From positions 54,684,001 through 54,748,000 of the forward strand of contig OX597831.1 of assembly GCA_951406725.2 (NCBI GenBank): 64,000 bases of DNA, in the 5' to 3' direction. Source of the DNA: Octopus vulgaris (lineage: Eukaryota). The notes below the pieces were generated by a model that did not search any database, had not been told where the DNA came from, and was given only the letters and a program-made list of their open reading frames with translations. Positions 1-12,123 of this stretch are shown here, in pieces. Each line of letters begins with the position of its first letter. Within the stretch, counting starts at the first letter, position 1. Made by a program: the position numbers and the translations under genes.

Positions 1-200
1 AGTGATGCTCATTTACAATCATCACATTATGTCAAGACAAGGGCACACATACATTCAGTGGGCTTCTTTCAGTTTCCATCTACTAAAGCCACTGGAGCTA
101 CAGTAGACAACACTTGCCCAGGCTGTTGTGCAGTGGGACTGAACTCAAGACCACATGGTTGTGAAGCAAGCTTTTTAACTGCACAGCCATGCTTGCACCT
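1..200 (-). mobile_element. SINE family C (tRNA-derived), partial
   Basis: Reverse complement of the family C head (ggctgtg...aaccatgtgg...gttcagtcccactgc...cttgggcaagtgt) seen at 3085, 6538 and 18937. Confidence 0.75.
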
Positions 201-789
201 GTTCTAAAATTTTCCAGGTAATAATTTGGTCCTTATATGTCACATAAGAGATATAGCACAGATGCCTTTGATGGGAATGCATTCAGTTCTCATCACTTTC
301 ACTGCCAAAATAAAGAACAAACATACTGAACTGTAGACTGCAATTTTCATTTTTATACAAATGTTTTGTTTTTTTTCTTTAGTGTCCAAACGTTGATAAT
401 TTACTAAGTACTACCCCAGCTTTTCTAATAATGATGTTGACTTCCCTATTACTTTCTGTATCTGGGATAAATATTGTATGTCTCTGTAGGAGAAATAGTA
501 TACATTTTTTAGGTTTATGCCATTTTCTGTGATCTTTATGCTGTTTTAGTTTGGACCTTTTTTTGCATTAAAATGTAAGTTGACTTTCCTTAATAATGGT
601 CCTTACAAAGATCATGCTGATTTGTAGACATTCTTAATCTTTTCTAATCAGTGTGATTATTATCAGTAAAATCCAATCCTACAACAATTAGTCAAGATTA
701 AACCTTCTTAAAATTCAAATATTAAATAAATTTGATTTCTCCAAGGTTTTCTTCAGTGACTTTTACTGCCTTTCCTTTTCTAACCTAGA

Positions 790-1050
790 AGTTAGTGTGT
801 TGAAATCATAAGTGCAAGACCATGCTTTTGTTTCCCTGGTTGGGTGCTGCATTGTATTCTTGAGCAAAACACTTCATGTTGTTCCAGTCCACTCAGCTGT
901 AAATGAGTAAATGAGTAGCCCTATGACAGACTGGAATTTCATTCATGGGAATGTTGAGATCTCAGTCACTTATACACCATGGAGACCAGGTGTCTGGCCC
1001 CATGAGTCCTAGGACTTAAGGCAGTGATATCCAGGGGTGGATGATGATGT
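790..1050 (+). mobile_element. SINE family B, decayed
   Basis: Contains ttcttgagcaaaacacttcat...gttccagtccactcagctg...aaatgagta shared with 7985 and 63457. Confidence 0.7.
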
Positions 1051-1164
1051 TTCTATGATGCATAATTGTACCAGAGAAGATTTATATCATTTGTAAAAAC
1101 TCATGGTGTTAGACACAAACCTGTGACAAAACCTGTATCATGTAAATAGTACTTGAGTTAATAA

Positions 1165-1372
1165 TGATTTCAAATTTTGGCACAAGGTCAGAAATTTCAG
1201 GAGAGGGGACTATGTCTATTAGATTGACCCCAGTGTTAGACAGGTACTTATTTTATTGACCCCCGAAAGGGTGAAAGGCAGTCAACCTCAGTGGCATTTG
1301 AACTCAGAACATAAAGTCAGACAAAATGCCAGTAAGCATTTTGCCATGCATGCTAATGATTCTGCCAGCTTA
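1165..1372 (-). mobile_element. SINE family A
   Basis: gaaagggtgaaaggcagtcaacctc...tttgaactcagaac core; flanking duplication tacttgagt(t/a)aataat. Confidence 0.8.
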
Positions 1373-2029
1373 TGCTTTAATACTTGAGTAAATAATAAGC
1401 AGTTTAGTAGTTTATTGGTTTAAATCTAGTAACAAATGACTTATTTACTGAATCATTACTACAATACATGATGAAAGCAAATTGGTTAAAATTTAGTTTG
1501 AAATACCAAGTCAACATATTGTCCATTGACTTGCAGACTTGCATTAAACACGCTTTCATATCTGGACAGGCTGTATAATGTATATTGCTACTTCATTCCA
1601 AGTTCCATATATGTTTTAAAGGTATGGAGGAGGAAGCTAAGTGACACTCTCTGTCAGTCTGAACAGGTGATCACAATGTCATATTTGATCTGGTCTCTTG
1701 TAATAGTTTGACCTGTAGTGTAAAACATGGTTTGCACGAGACAAACTTGTGGATTATTTCTATATATAATTCAGGCAATTTAATTGCTATTGTCAATTTA
1801 GTTTTGTTTTAAATTCATTAATAATTCTCAGTATAAAAGTGTCTTGGTATTATAAGTAATATTTATAAAAGGAAGGCCAGCAAGCTGTACAGTCACAGCT
1901 TTGTGTCTTATCCATTGAAAAGGCATGACTTAGGTAATATTCATTTCACTTAAATTTCAATATTTCACTAAAGAGTTACCTGAACTTTACAGACTACTAT
2001 TTGTCCATGTAACTTTAAAATTTCATATA

Positions 2030-2066
<37 letters not shown>

Positions 2067-2077
2067 AATATATATTG

Positions 2078-2375
2078 AAGGCACATGGCTTAGTGATTAG
2101 GGTGTTGTACTCATGATTGTGAGTTCGATTCCCAGACCGGGCGTTGCATTATGTTCTTGAGCAAAGCACTTCATTTCACATTGCTCTGCAATCATTTCGA
2201 CATCTGACATGTGGCACCTGTTGTACCTGTACAGGTAATGTCAATCTGATGGAGAGAGTGTGCTTATGTCTGCATAAGCATTTGATCACTATAAACAAAT
2301 CATCTGTGTCGTTCGGTAAGAAATTGTCGGACCCTCATATGCTGTCTACCAACAGGAGAGTCCATTATACCCCTC
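2078..2375 (+). mobile_element. SINE family B
   Basis: tRNA-like head with A box tggcttagtga and B box gagttcgattccc, then ttcttgagcaaagcacttcatttcac. Confidence 0.8.
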
Positions 2376-2730
2376 TTGCACTTTTAGGCAGCAAATTTTA
2401 ACAAAAAGTGTTCCAGCCATTTTTTTTTAATATGTTATTTTTCACTAGACTTTTTGCTCTTGATTACTTTTACTACTTTTTACGTTAATTTAGGAAGAAT
2501 GAAGAGTAAATTCTGTTGCAAATAACCCTCTATTCAAACCCATGCTACTTTGGAAAAACTGATGTTAAATGAATGAATGAATGAATGAATGAATTGTGGG
2601 GGTAAGAGAGAGACAGACAGGACAGGCATCCAGCTGTGGAAAATCTGCCTCAACAAATTCTATCTGATCCAGGCAAACATGAAAAAGTGGATGTTAAATG
2701 ATGCTGATGCTGAGACAGAGAAAGAAAGCT

Positions 2731-2733
<3 letters not shown>

Positions 2734-2784
<51 letters not shown>
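2734..2784. repeat. (GA)n microsatellite
   Basis: Direct reading. Confidence 0.95.
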
Positions 2785-2787
<3 letters not shown>

Positions 2788-3084
2788 TTTATATCAGTGT
2801 AGGGCTAAGACCCAGTACATTCAGACAGAACCCCCCCCCCCCTTTGGTACTTATTTATGATAGTGTTATCTTCACATAAGCCAAAAGAATCTATTTGCAT
2901 TTCATATCTTACAAGAGCAATGAAATAAACACCCTGCTATGTACTCGGTTATTACAGGGGTGGGTTAATGTAACTGATTAAAAACTTCTGAAGACAGTAT
3001 CTCAGCAGGATAGTTGTAGTTCAATGAATGAAATCAGTTTAAAAAGAAAAAGTCTTTACTGTTCCATATTTCTGAATGTCTGTA

Positions 3085-3418
3085 TTGTTAAGAAACTCAC
3101 TTTGCAACCATGTGGTTTTGGGTTCAGTCCCACTGCATGGCATCTTGGGCAAGCATTTTCTTCTATAGTCCCAGGCCAAGTAATGCTTTGTGAGTGAAAT
3201 TGGTAGATGGAAACTGTATGAAATCTAGATATTGTGCGTCTTTGTGTTTGTCCCCTCCCCTGTTTGACAACTGCTGTTGGTTTGTTTACATCTTATTATC
3301 TAAGCAGTTTGGCAATAAGAAAACAATAGTATAAGCATCAGATTTTTAAAATAAGTACTGGGGTGGAATTATTTGACTAAAACCTTTCAAGGATGGCCAC
3401 AAGTAAAGATAAAAGATG
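3085..3418 (+). mobile_element. SINE family C
   Basis: ggttcagtcccactgcatggcatcttgggcaagc...ggtagatggaaactg...aagtactgggg...gactaaa...aagataaaaga tail. Confidence 0.8.
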
Positions 3419-3879
3419 ACAGGTCCAGCCATGGGTTTTATTCTATCTTCAGATTTCACTGCTTACACATTACAAGAGTTGACTTCATTTAGCATTTATC
3501 CCTAATCAAGTTTCGTGTTTTTGCTCTCCGTAATAGCTTCTGATTATGAAACTATCAAGCCAAATGAATAATTTAATCAAAAAGGCTTTCTTTCAAAAGA
3601 AATTATCTCAGTGATGTCCTCCAGCTATTATAGTCTTTCTAATCAAGAAGTGGGACATCAGATTATTTTAAACGATAAATATTAGTTAGTTATGAATGAA
3701 AATGATGATTTCTTTTGGTGCATCTGCAAGTATCGTTCTAGACTGCACCTTAAAACGGTCATTTTGTACAAATGACTAAACCTTCACTCATGATATACCA
3801 TTAGCCCACACATGTATGTTGCTGGAATGGGATTACTGAAAAGCAGGCATTTTGGTGGTGGATGATTAAGCGATGGCAG

Positions 3880-3881
<2 letters not shown>

Positions 3882-3949
<68 letters not shown>
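3882..3949. repeat. (TA)n(GA)n compound microsatellite
   Basis: Direct reading; accounts for ORFs 3801-4013 and 3862-4062. Confidence 0.95.
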
Positions 3950-3953
<4 letters not shown>

Positions 3954-4589
3954 TTTATTAACCATAAGGTTGAGAAAAAGAGGGGATGATACGAGGATAG
4001 ACAAAACAAACATTGGGGTTAAGGTATTGAATGAGGAAAGAGAGAGAGAGAGAGAGAACTAATAAAGTACGAAATAAAATCGGTTAAATTGAGTTACCTC
4101 CCTTTACATGCTCTCAGTACGCAGCGAAAGATTATTAATGGTATAAAATATTGTAGCTTTAATTTTTCCTTTGATAATTACGTTTCTATACTTTGTTTTT
4201 AACGTTTATACGATGTTTCATGCTCAACTATTAAAAAATCAGATAGTTGTTACGTAGAATAATAATTTAAAAAAAAAATCTCCGTGCCAAAACACTAAAA
4301 TATCCCATATTACCGAGTTTTGTATAGAATCAGCGGCGTCAAATTACTGTCATCAAGACGTCCCAAATTTATTATTGTACTGCCATTGCTCCCTTGAAAA
4401 CAGTGTTGTACCTAATATATATGTTTCTTTCCACCTAAAACCAACACATTTAAAGCGTTTCCTTCCTAAATATTATTTTCTTAATCATGATTCTCGCCCA
4501 GACATCAGCTCTCAAAATAATTAAATCATCCTCAAGTTTAGGGAGATTTGGAAAGGCCATGGGCATTGCTACTTCTCTTCGAACTAAAT

Positions 4590-4802
4590 AATCCTTTCTA
4601 CTAACGGAACATGGACTGAAATTTGGAGGGAGGGGACTAGTCGATTACATCGACCCCAGGGTTTCACTGGTACTTAATTTAGCAACGTAGAAAGAATCAA
4701 AGGTGAAATCGAACTCGGCGGGATTTGTACTCAGAACGTAACGACGGACGAAATACCGCTAAGCATTTCGTCCAGCGTGCTAACGATTCTGCCAGTTCGC
4801 TT
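4590..4802 (-). mobile_element. SINE family A with CpGs retained
   Basis: Family A core; 15-bp target-site duplication ttcgaactaaataat on both sides. Confidence 0.9.
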
Positions 4803-5559
4803 CCTTTTTCGAACTAAATAATAAAAACAAAATGTATAGTATTGTTTGAATTGACCCAGCTATATTAGCAGGTTTTATATTTATAAACTTCAGAGTATAA
4901 AAAAAGCAAGCTTGACCTGGTTGAGGTTTGAACTCGTAACAACGAAATTCCACACTAGTTAACATAAAGCTTCCAGACTTGCATTTGCTTGCTGTGTGGC
5001 ACATCAGGTTAATTGGTTTTTCTTAAAGCAAGGGAAATAACTATTTCCTCATCAAATAGCATTTTGGACCAACAAGGGAAACCCTATATGGTGATTCAAC
5101 CTGCAAGAAATATCAGTCAAAGCTCCCAAAGTCACTATAAATGGAATGGCTTTTGCTCATAGGTGTTTGCCCAGTTAGCAGTAATTGTGATTAACCAACA
5201 CTAGTGACAAATAATTTTGGTCCTAAATTTAAAATAAACTAATTGGCATTAGAAACAGCATCAAGCTTTTAGAAAAAGAAATAAATATTAAACTTCATAT
5301 CAACAGTAAAAAGATTAAGAAATAAAGCAAAATTATAGATTTATAGATTTCACTGTGGTGACAAAATTTTGGTTTTTATTTTGTCTTTGGTCAGTAAGTG
5401 TTATTTTCTATTTGCTTCTATCTAGAAATCAAAAGAAACAACTACTATTCCCTTCAAACTTAGCTTTTAGTGATCTGGACATCAATGTTTTGAAACCAAC
5501 CTCTTTTTCATTACATTTCAGACCAATTTAGTGCTGAGTTGCTGAAGCAGAAATATCTG

Positions 5560-5790
5560 TTTCTTTATTACCCACAAGGGGCTAAACATAGAGGGGACAA
5601 ACAAGGACAGACAAAGGGATTAAGTCGATTACATCAACTCCAGTGCGTAACAGGTACTTAATTTATCAACCCCGAAAGAATGAAAGGCAAAGTCGACCTC
5701 GGTGGAATTTGAACTCAGAATGTAACGGCAGACAAAATACTGCTAAGCATTTTGCCCAGCGTGCTAACGATTCTGCCAGCTCACCACCCT
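5560..5790 (-). mobile_element. SINE family A, full length, young
   Basis: Near-identical to 6861, 23164 and 32915; TSD ctgaagcagaaatat at 5542-5556 and 5792-5806. Confidence 0.92.
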
Positions 5791-5809
5791 TCTGAAGCAG
5801 AAATATTGT

Positions 5810-5980
5810 TGTTGCAAATATTCTGCCCAATACCACAGATTTGCTTGTCAGTTGCTTGACCTTAGCCACTTGAGCATCTCCCTTAGTGGCTGACAAGGTG
5901 TGTGATTCTAATCATGAGCAGAAGTAGTGGGGGAGTATCATACCCATGGGCTGAGATGGATTCTTATGGGTTTGAATAAA
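5810..5980. repeat. Unclassified interspersed repeat (family E)
   Basis: Reverse-complement homologue at about 33245-33330 (cagcctctaagggacatgctcaactg...tgtggtattgagcagaatatt). Confidence 0.6.
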
Positions 5981-6537
5981 TGTAACAAAAGCAAAGTTTG
6001 AAGGAAATTTTAACCATTTGTCATATTTTCTGGGTGTAAGCAAATAGGAAATAGCAGTTACTAGCCATGAACAAAAATCGTGTTACACAGTGTTATCATA
6101 TTACATACAGTCAGTGTAAGTTTTTCTTTATAAAGCCATAAAATGTGTAATTCTATTGATTTATTGTCACACAAATACTTCCTCTACAGTTTTCTCTGTT
6201 CTGAACTGCTTAATCTTGTCACCTCCTTGTGTTTCACTCACATACATCTTCTAAACACTTTCTTTTATCCTTCTTTCCTTGGATCTGTATTCCTTTGGAA
6301 ATCCCCACCACTACCACCATATGTTTTCACATAAACTTCTAATCTGAAATAACTCAATATGAGCAATTAATCATGCTAAATTCACCTTACATCCAATGGA
6401 ACGTGAACTAAGTTCACCTTTCATTGGATGCAAAGGAACTACATAGGAAGGAACAAAGAAAGCTATGGACAATACATTGCCTTATCAGGCTAATTAAAAA
6501 AAAAAAAACTCTTACTTAGAATATTTATATTATTTGA

Positions 6538-7120
6538 TATGTGGTAAGAAGTTTGCTTCACAACCAACTGATTCTTGGTTCAATCCCACTATGTGGCACC
6601 CTGAGCAATTGTCTTCTATTATAGTCTTGAGACAACCAAAGCCTTGTGAGTAGATTTGGTAGATGGAAACTGAAATGTGTGTGTGTTCCACTCTCTGCCT
6701 CTGGACAACTGGTGTTTGTATGTTATATCCCTATAACTTAGCAGTTGGGCAAAAGACACCGATAGAATAAGTACCAGGCTTTTAAAAAAAGTACTGAGGT
6801 CAATTCATTCAACAAAAAATTCTTAAAAGGAGTGCTCTTGCATGGTCACATTCAGATTAGGCAGCGAGCTGGCAGAAACGTTAGCATGCTGGGCGAAATG
6901 CTTACCGGTATTTCGTCTGCCATTACGTTCTGAGTTCAAATTCCGACGAGGTCGACTTTGCCTTTCATCCTTTCGGGGTGGATAAATAAACTACCAGTTA
7001 CGCACTGGGGTCAATGTAATCGACTTCATCCCTTTGTCCTTGTTTGTCCCCTCTCTGTTTAGCCCCTTGCAGGCAATAAAGAAATAAGATTAGTGAAACA
7101 AATAGAAGATAAATGATAAA
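6538..7120 (+). mobile_element. SINE family C interrupted by a family A copy
   Basis: Family C body ends at catggtcacattcagattag and resumes after 7093 as tgaaacaaatagaagataaa. Confidence 0.8.
6861..7086 (+). mobile_element. SINE family A, full length
   Basis: gcagcgagctggcagaaacgttagc...gagttcaaattcc (B box)...gtcgactttgcctttcatcctttcgggg; TSD agattag at 6854-6860 and 7087-7093. Confidence 0.92.
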
Positions 7121-7548
7121 AAATATGCAGACACGACAGGCACTAAACTTCTTTGGCGAGTCTCTGTAAAATTGATATAAGATCTCTGCATTGGAGTACT
7201 TCTCTCATATCTAGAACAATGTTGCTGCTACACAAACAAACATCCAAGATAAGATTCAAGAGAAAAATCATTTGAAAGATTAGCAAAGCACACGGTATAT
7301 AAGCCATGGCAATCCTGTCTTGTTTTCAGGAACATTCTTTAGCTTCCAGTACATCCTTTGTCTCTTTATGATGGTAGGGTGTATTTTGAAGGAGATGTTT
7401 GGCTGATATTTCTAGCAGGTTAAGTAAGCACATAAAAATTCCCTCTTAGAAAGAACATTGATTGAACCAATACTCAATACTGTATAGCAATATCAATCGT
7501 GGGAATAGATAGGATAATGATGGACAAAACTAGAATGCTCTGTATGTA

Positions 7549-7748
7549 TGAGGAAGGTGCTAAAAAGTTTCTGGTTTTGGGTAAAAGAAAATACATGAGG
7601 ATCAGTTAATTATGATTTTATTCAACATATTCCCCTTGCAGCAATCCTTCAGTTTTTCTAAGTCCTCTAAAAGAACTCACTAGGTTGGGCCTCCAGTCAG
7701 GCCTTTTGTGATACCCTTAAAGCCAGGAACTTTTCAGCACCCTCTTAA
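7549..7748. mobile_element. Mariner-type MITE, about 200 bp
   Basis: Imperfect TIRs gaggaaggtgctaaaaagtttctggtttt / aaagccaggaacttttcagcaccctc; TA flanks. Confidence 0.7.
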
Positions 7749-7984
7749 TATATAAATGATAGTGAAGACTTGATATCTATTGTACCTTATTAAGAAGTGA
7801 GGTAGTGTTTTATGTTAATGTCTGGCGAGGTTGGTATGTTGTATGAGATGTCACAGTGTTGGTGTGTTGTATGGTAGCTAAAAGTATTGCTGGTGTGTTT
7901 TGTGGTAGTCTGATATGAGTTAGTGGTCAGATGTAAATATATAACTTTGGTGACCTCTTTATTAGCTATGCTATATAGTATACG

Positions 7985-8232
7985 TGGAGGCACGTGGCTT
8001 AGTGGTTAGGGTGTCAGCATCATGATCGTAAGATTGTGGTATCGATTTCTGGACAGGGTGACATGTTGTGTTCTTGAGCAAAACACTTCATTTCACGTTG
8101 CTCCAGTCCACTCAGCTGGTAAAAATGAGTAATGCTGCGATGGACTGGCAAACTGGGGAACACATATGCCATTGAAACCAGGAAACTGGGCCCAGGAGCC
8201 TGGCTGAGCTTTAAAAGGGTGCATTTATTTTT
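7985..8232 (+). mobile_element. SINE family B, full length
   Basis: tggaggcacgtggcttagtggttagggtgtcagcatcatgatcgtaagattgtggtatcgatt head; same subfamily as 63457-63715. Confidence 0.9.
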
Positions 8233-8670
8233 ATCATATAGTATACACTTATCTCACTTAGTTTATTACAATTAAAAGCTAAGGTTGATTGTGGATATTT
8301 AATATCAAACTTTATTAAAAGTGGTATTTTTTTGAAAACTTCACTTTTGCTCTTATTTTCTCAAAAGGAAAAAAATCTTGACAGAAATCAGTGTAACAAT
8401 AAATTTAAATAAATTACACACTCAAAATATATACATACTTATATACATTATTCACATCTGCTATTCCATGCTAGCATGCAAAAACAGATGTAAAAATGAA
8501 GTGAAATTATATATTTTCCTCACTGCCAAAGATTATAACATATGAATTGACATGTCAATAAGGTGTAGTTGTTTAGACATTTTGTTTATTTTTTCTTATA
8601 TTTACCTTTGTTTAAGTAAGTTTTTTTTTTTTTGTAATGATTATAATGATTTGGTGTTGTGCCACTACAG

Positions 8671-8699
8671 AGTTGACTGATAAAGCCGCTCTAAACTAA
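8671..8699 (+). CDS. Possible alternative-acceptor mini terminal exon, (E)LTDKAALN*
   Basis: ccactacag acceptor 89 nt upstream of the main acceptor; phase 1 reading ends at TAA. Confidence 0.25.
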
Positions 8700-8759
8700 G
8701 GTTTTCCTCCTCTTTTAATCTCTTCCACTGAGTACTTGCGCCATTGGCTTCTCTTCCAG

Positions 8760-9016
8760 ATTCCCAGTCTTTTGCACCCTTCAGTTCCAGTGAGGCTGGC
8801 ACACTGGCAGGTACTTCTCCTTTGTCTGGAACACCTGATAAAGTATCTCCCATGAAGAAAGGGAGCAGTAGCACAGAGACGTCATATGCCAGTGCCTTGG
8901 AGGCGCAAGATAATTACGACACGGACCCCAACGTGTTACGGGCTGCACAGTCTGTCATTAGAGAATCTGCTATCCATGTGATGGCGAGCAACCTAGATGA
9001 CCACCCAGAAGAAGTG
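8760..9016 (+). CDS. Internal coding exon of an unidentified gene: (D)SQSFAPFSSSEAGTLAGTSPLSGTPDKVSPMKKGSSSTETSYASALEAQDNYDTDPNVLRAAQSVIRESAIHVMASNLDDHPEEV
   Basis: Polypyrimidine acceptor ggcttctcttccag, donor GTG|gttagt, local GC rise, non-repetitive open frame; phase 1 in, phase 0 out. Confidence 0.75.
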
Positions 9017-9659
9017 GTTAGTGTTAACGACCTTAATACAATTATATTTCTTTAATATTAACCACCCCATTATTAATATTTTTCTTTTGCTAGAGAAATG
9101 TTATGTTGCTTTAGACAAAAGAACTGTTTGTGGCTGCATTGGGTTTTTTTTTAAAATTTATTTTGCCACTCTTCTCTGCTATCTAATTCCTATTGTTAAA
9201 CTAAACATTGCCTTTCACCCCCTCATTTACTAACCTGTTGTTTTATTGCTAATTTTTGTTGTTGCCATATGTTAATTATTATTAAAATTTCCATCATGAT
9301 CTGGTATTTTTTGCTTGCTTAATTTATTCATTCATGTTAAATGCACTCCTGTCACACTCAACACTTAAAAAAAAGAAAAGAAAATGTTTCTATTACATTT
9401 ATCTGCTTTTTTTTTTTATTAACTAAAAACTTGCATCCATTGTGTCACTTTCTTTTCATCACTCTGTACAGACATCACACACACACACACACACATACAC
9501 ATACACATGAATGTAGGAACTGGAGATTTTATTCTTGCCTGGGTTTCACAGTTTTTTTTTGTTTTTTTTTTTTAACTAACCATGAGAATTTGTGTCTTTT
9601 TAGGTAACTAGTGTGAAACCTAGGTTTAAAGTAAATCATCAGTTACTGTATACATACAC

Positions 9660-9716
9660 ACACACATCTATCTCTCTGTCTGTCTCTCCTCTCTCTCTCT
9701 CCTCTCTCTCTCCTCC

Positions 9717-9794
<78 letters not shown>

Positions 9795-9857
9795 CATACA
9801 TACAAATATATATATATACATACATACATACAAATATATATATATACATACATACAT

Positions 9858-9898
<41 letters not shown>

Positions 9899-9975
9899 CA
9901 TACATACAAATATATATACATACATACATACATACAAATATATATACATACATACATATACATGCACACATACAT
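9660..9975. repeat. Compound (CT)n/(TA)n/(TACA)n microsatellite
   Basis: Direct reading; accounts for ORFs at 9613-10023. Confidence 0.95.
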
Positions 9976-9977
9976 AT

Positions 9978-10135
9978 GTCATCATCATCATTTCACATCC
10001 CTTTCTCATGGTGGGATGGTTAGGTTAGTTCAACAGGAACTGACAAACTAAAGGGTTGTGCTGAGATCCAAAGTCTGCTTTGACGTGATTTTTACTGCTG
10101 GATGACCTTCCTTATGCCAACCACTTACAGAGTGT
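9978..10135 (-). mobile_element. SINE family D 3' part, decayed
   Basis: (cat)n tail and gctggatgaccttccttatgccaaccac, the reverse complement of the ggaagggcatccagc motif. Confidence 0.65.
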
Positions 10136-10770
10136 AATATTTCACATGTGGGTGGGTGAGTGTGTTATGAATGTGCATAAACAAGAGATTAAAAAAAAAA
10201 AAAGAAACAGGAAGAACAGAGTTGGAGTTGAACTCCTATACAGAGGTGAGTTTAATGCCCCTCCCCTCCATCACCACCATATACATATCTCTCCTACTTG
10301 ATCTTTTCATATTTTCTTTGTCTTTATTCCTGCTTGTTTTCTAATAGTCTTACACTAACACACAAATGCACACACACACACACACACACATATACTCACA
10401 AACACAGTCGCTTTGTTTGTTTATTTAAACTAATATGCTATATTGAGCAAAATGCTACCTTTATCGTTTCATTATTATTATTATTATTATTAATATTATT
10501 ATTGATTATGTATTGTATTAAAAAAAATTATGTGTTTCTATGAATATTTTGTATATGCTAATAACTTATACTGTATTTGTTTTTGTTGATTTCATTCTAT
10601 AGTATCATGTTTTTTGAATTTTAAGAAATAGTTTCAGTTGCAATCATTTTAATTATGATAGATTCTTGATGTTATTGGGTTGTTCTTATTTATTTAGTAA
10701 CTATTCTGGTACAAATTATATCTTTTTTTATTTTTTTTATTTCTGTTGATTAATCACTTTGTAATGATAG

Positions 10771-11090
10771 TGATAACCGTGGAGGAAGTGGTCGCATTTT
10801 CTGTTTCGGTGCAACAGGGAGGTTCTTTGATTGTTGTAAAGTTTGCTTTGCAACGCAAACACAGAAAAAAGAGGAAAAAGCAAAAAAGGAAATAATTTGA
10901 ACCAGAAAAGTTGCCAAGATACCTTGGAATACATAAAGAAATGATAATAAATAATGTGTGTGTGTGCATGCACGAAGGTGGTGGAGAGGAGAGAGAACTG
11001 AAGGGCAGAGAGGGGGGGGGAGAGAAAGTGTGTGTGTGTGTGTGGTTATAATTGTTTCATGTAAATAAATGTTTTATATTGAATTTTCTT
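10771..11090 (+). other. Candidate alternative terminal exon beginning with TGA TAA in phase 0
   Basis: gatag acceptor after T-rich DNA; CpG-retaining unique sequence; AATAAA at 10946 and 11064; the other two frames are also open for about 40 codons. Confidence 0.35.
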
Positions 11091-11210
11091 TCAACACCTC
11101 CAGCCCCCCTTGAAGTCCCTCTACCACCACCACCACCACCACCATGATGACCGAATTTTCTCTTTTCTTTTTCGTCCTCCACACCTCATTCTTGTTCCTT
11201 TTCACACCAG

Positions 11211-11267
11211 GCAATTAGATGTAAAATTAATCTGAATGACTCCAGATCCAGATCTGTTGCTGTCTAA
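11211..11267 (+). CDS. Terminal coding exon AIRCKINLNDSRSRSVAV* (class I PDZ-like end)
   Basis: Strong acceptor cttgttccttttcacaccag|G with upstream ctcat branch-like motif; phase 0 matches the donor at 9016. Confidence 0.65.
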   Translation, partial: AIRCKINLNDSRSRSVAV

Positions 11268-12045
11268 AAGGTACCAGTAAACCAATACCATCCAGTGCAC
11301 TGACATCACTGACTAATAATAATAATAATAATAATAATGCCACGGGTTATTTCTTCTGTTTATTTTTACCATTATTAACTTACTTTTGAAGTGATGAATA
11401 ATAATTTTCCTTCCACTCCTAAAAATATTTGCTTTATATTCTAATGGTAGCAGATCACATTAGTTTAGAAATGCACCCAGCACCATTGTCACCACGACCA
11501 CATCAGTTCTATCTAACTGCCTTTGATCTATCTGGCTGGCTAACAAGCTGGATAGTCCATCTATCTTCTGTTTTATCTAGTTGTGTAGATCTTCCCATAA
11601 TCTCTGTCTACATAGTGACACTGTTCATTGAGTCAACCTGTAGCTATATAGAACTAAGCAGCCTCAATTTTTGGTTAGTTCCAAAATAAGGTCCTGTTTC
11701 TATATTTGATGTCCATTGTGAAGTTTAGAATTTATGAAGGCTTTATTTTTTTCTGAGATCTAGATTGTTTTTGTGTTTTTTTTTTGTAAGACAGTTCCCA
11801 GCATTATAATTAAGTCATTTAATTAGTTATTTAAAAAAAAAATTAGTTTTTAAACCTCACTAATTAAAAATTAAATGACTTCTCTGTTATAGAATTGTAA
11901 ATATAATGTCTGTTTCTACTTGATTACTTTCTTATATTTCTTACTGAAACTTCATTTTCTTTGTAAGATATTATTACATAATACATCTCATATCCAGTAT
12001 CTTCTTTCTAATATCATAAATGATGTGTAATATCTACACTTCCCT

Positions 12046-12123
12046 CTGATACATAAGACCTACTCTTTCATCTGATATACAAAACTTTTTCTTTCATTTG
12101 ATACATAAGACATTCTCTTTCAT
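12046..12123. repeat. 26-bp tandem repeat, 3 copies
   Basis: ctgatacataagacctactctttcat / ctgatatacaaaactttttctttcat / ttgatacataagacattctctttcat. Confidence 0.85.

Noticed and set aside
1530-1715. Minus-strand exon after the ttttacactacag acceptor
   Set aside because: All three frames stop within about 20 codons; only a non-coding exon is possible and nothing supports it
6861-6945. SINE heads as functional tRNA genes (also 7985, 54760 and 63640)
   Set aside because: A and B boxes are present but the cloverleaf is incomplete and the sequence runs into SINE bodies
9613-10023. Long ORFs here and at 15736, 43708, 44269, 53405-54170, 56048 and 63258
   Set aside because: They are translations of microsatellites or A/T tracts (YIYI, HTHT, CVCV, RERE)
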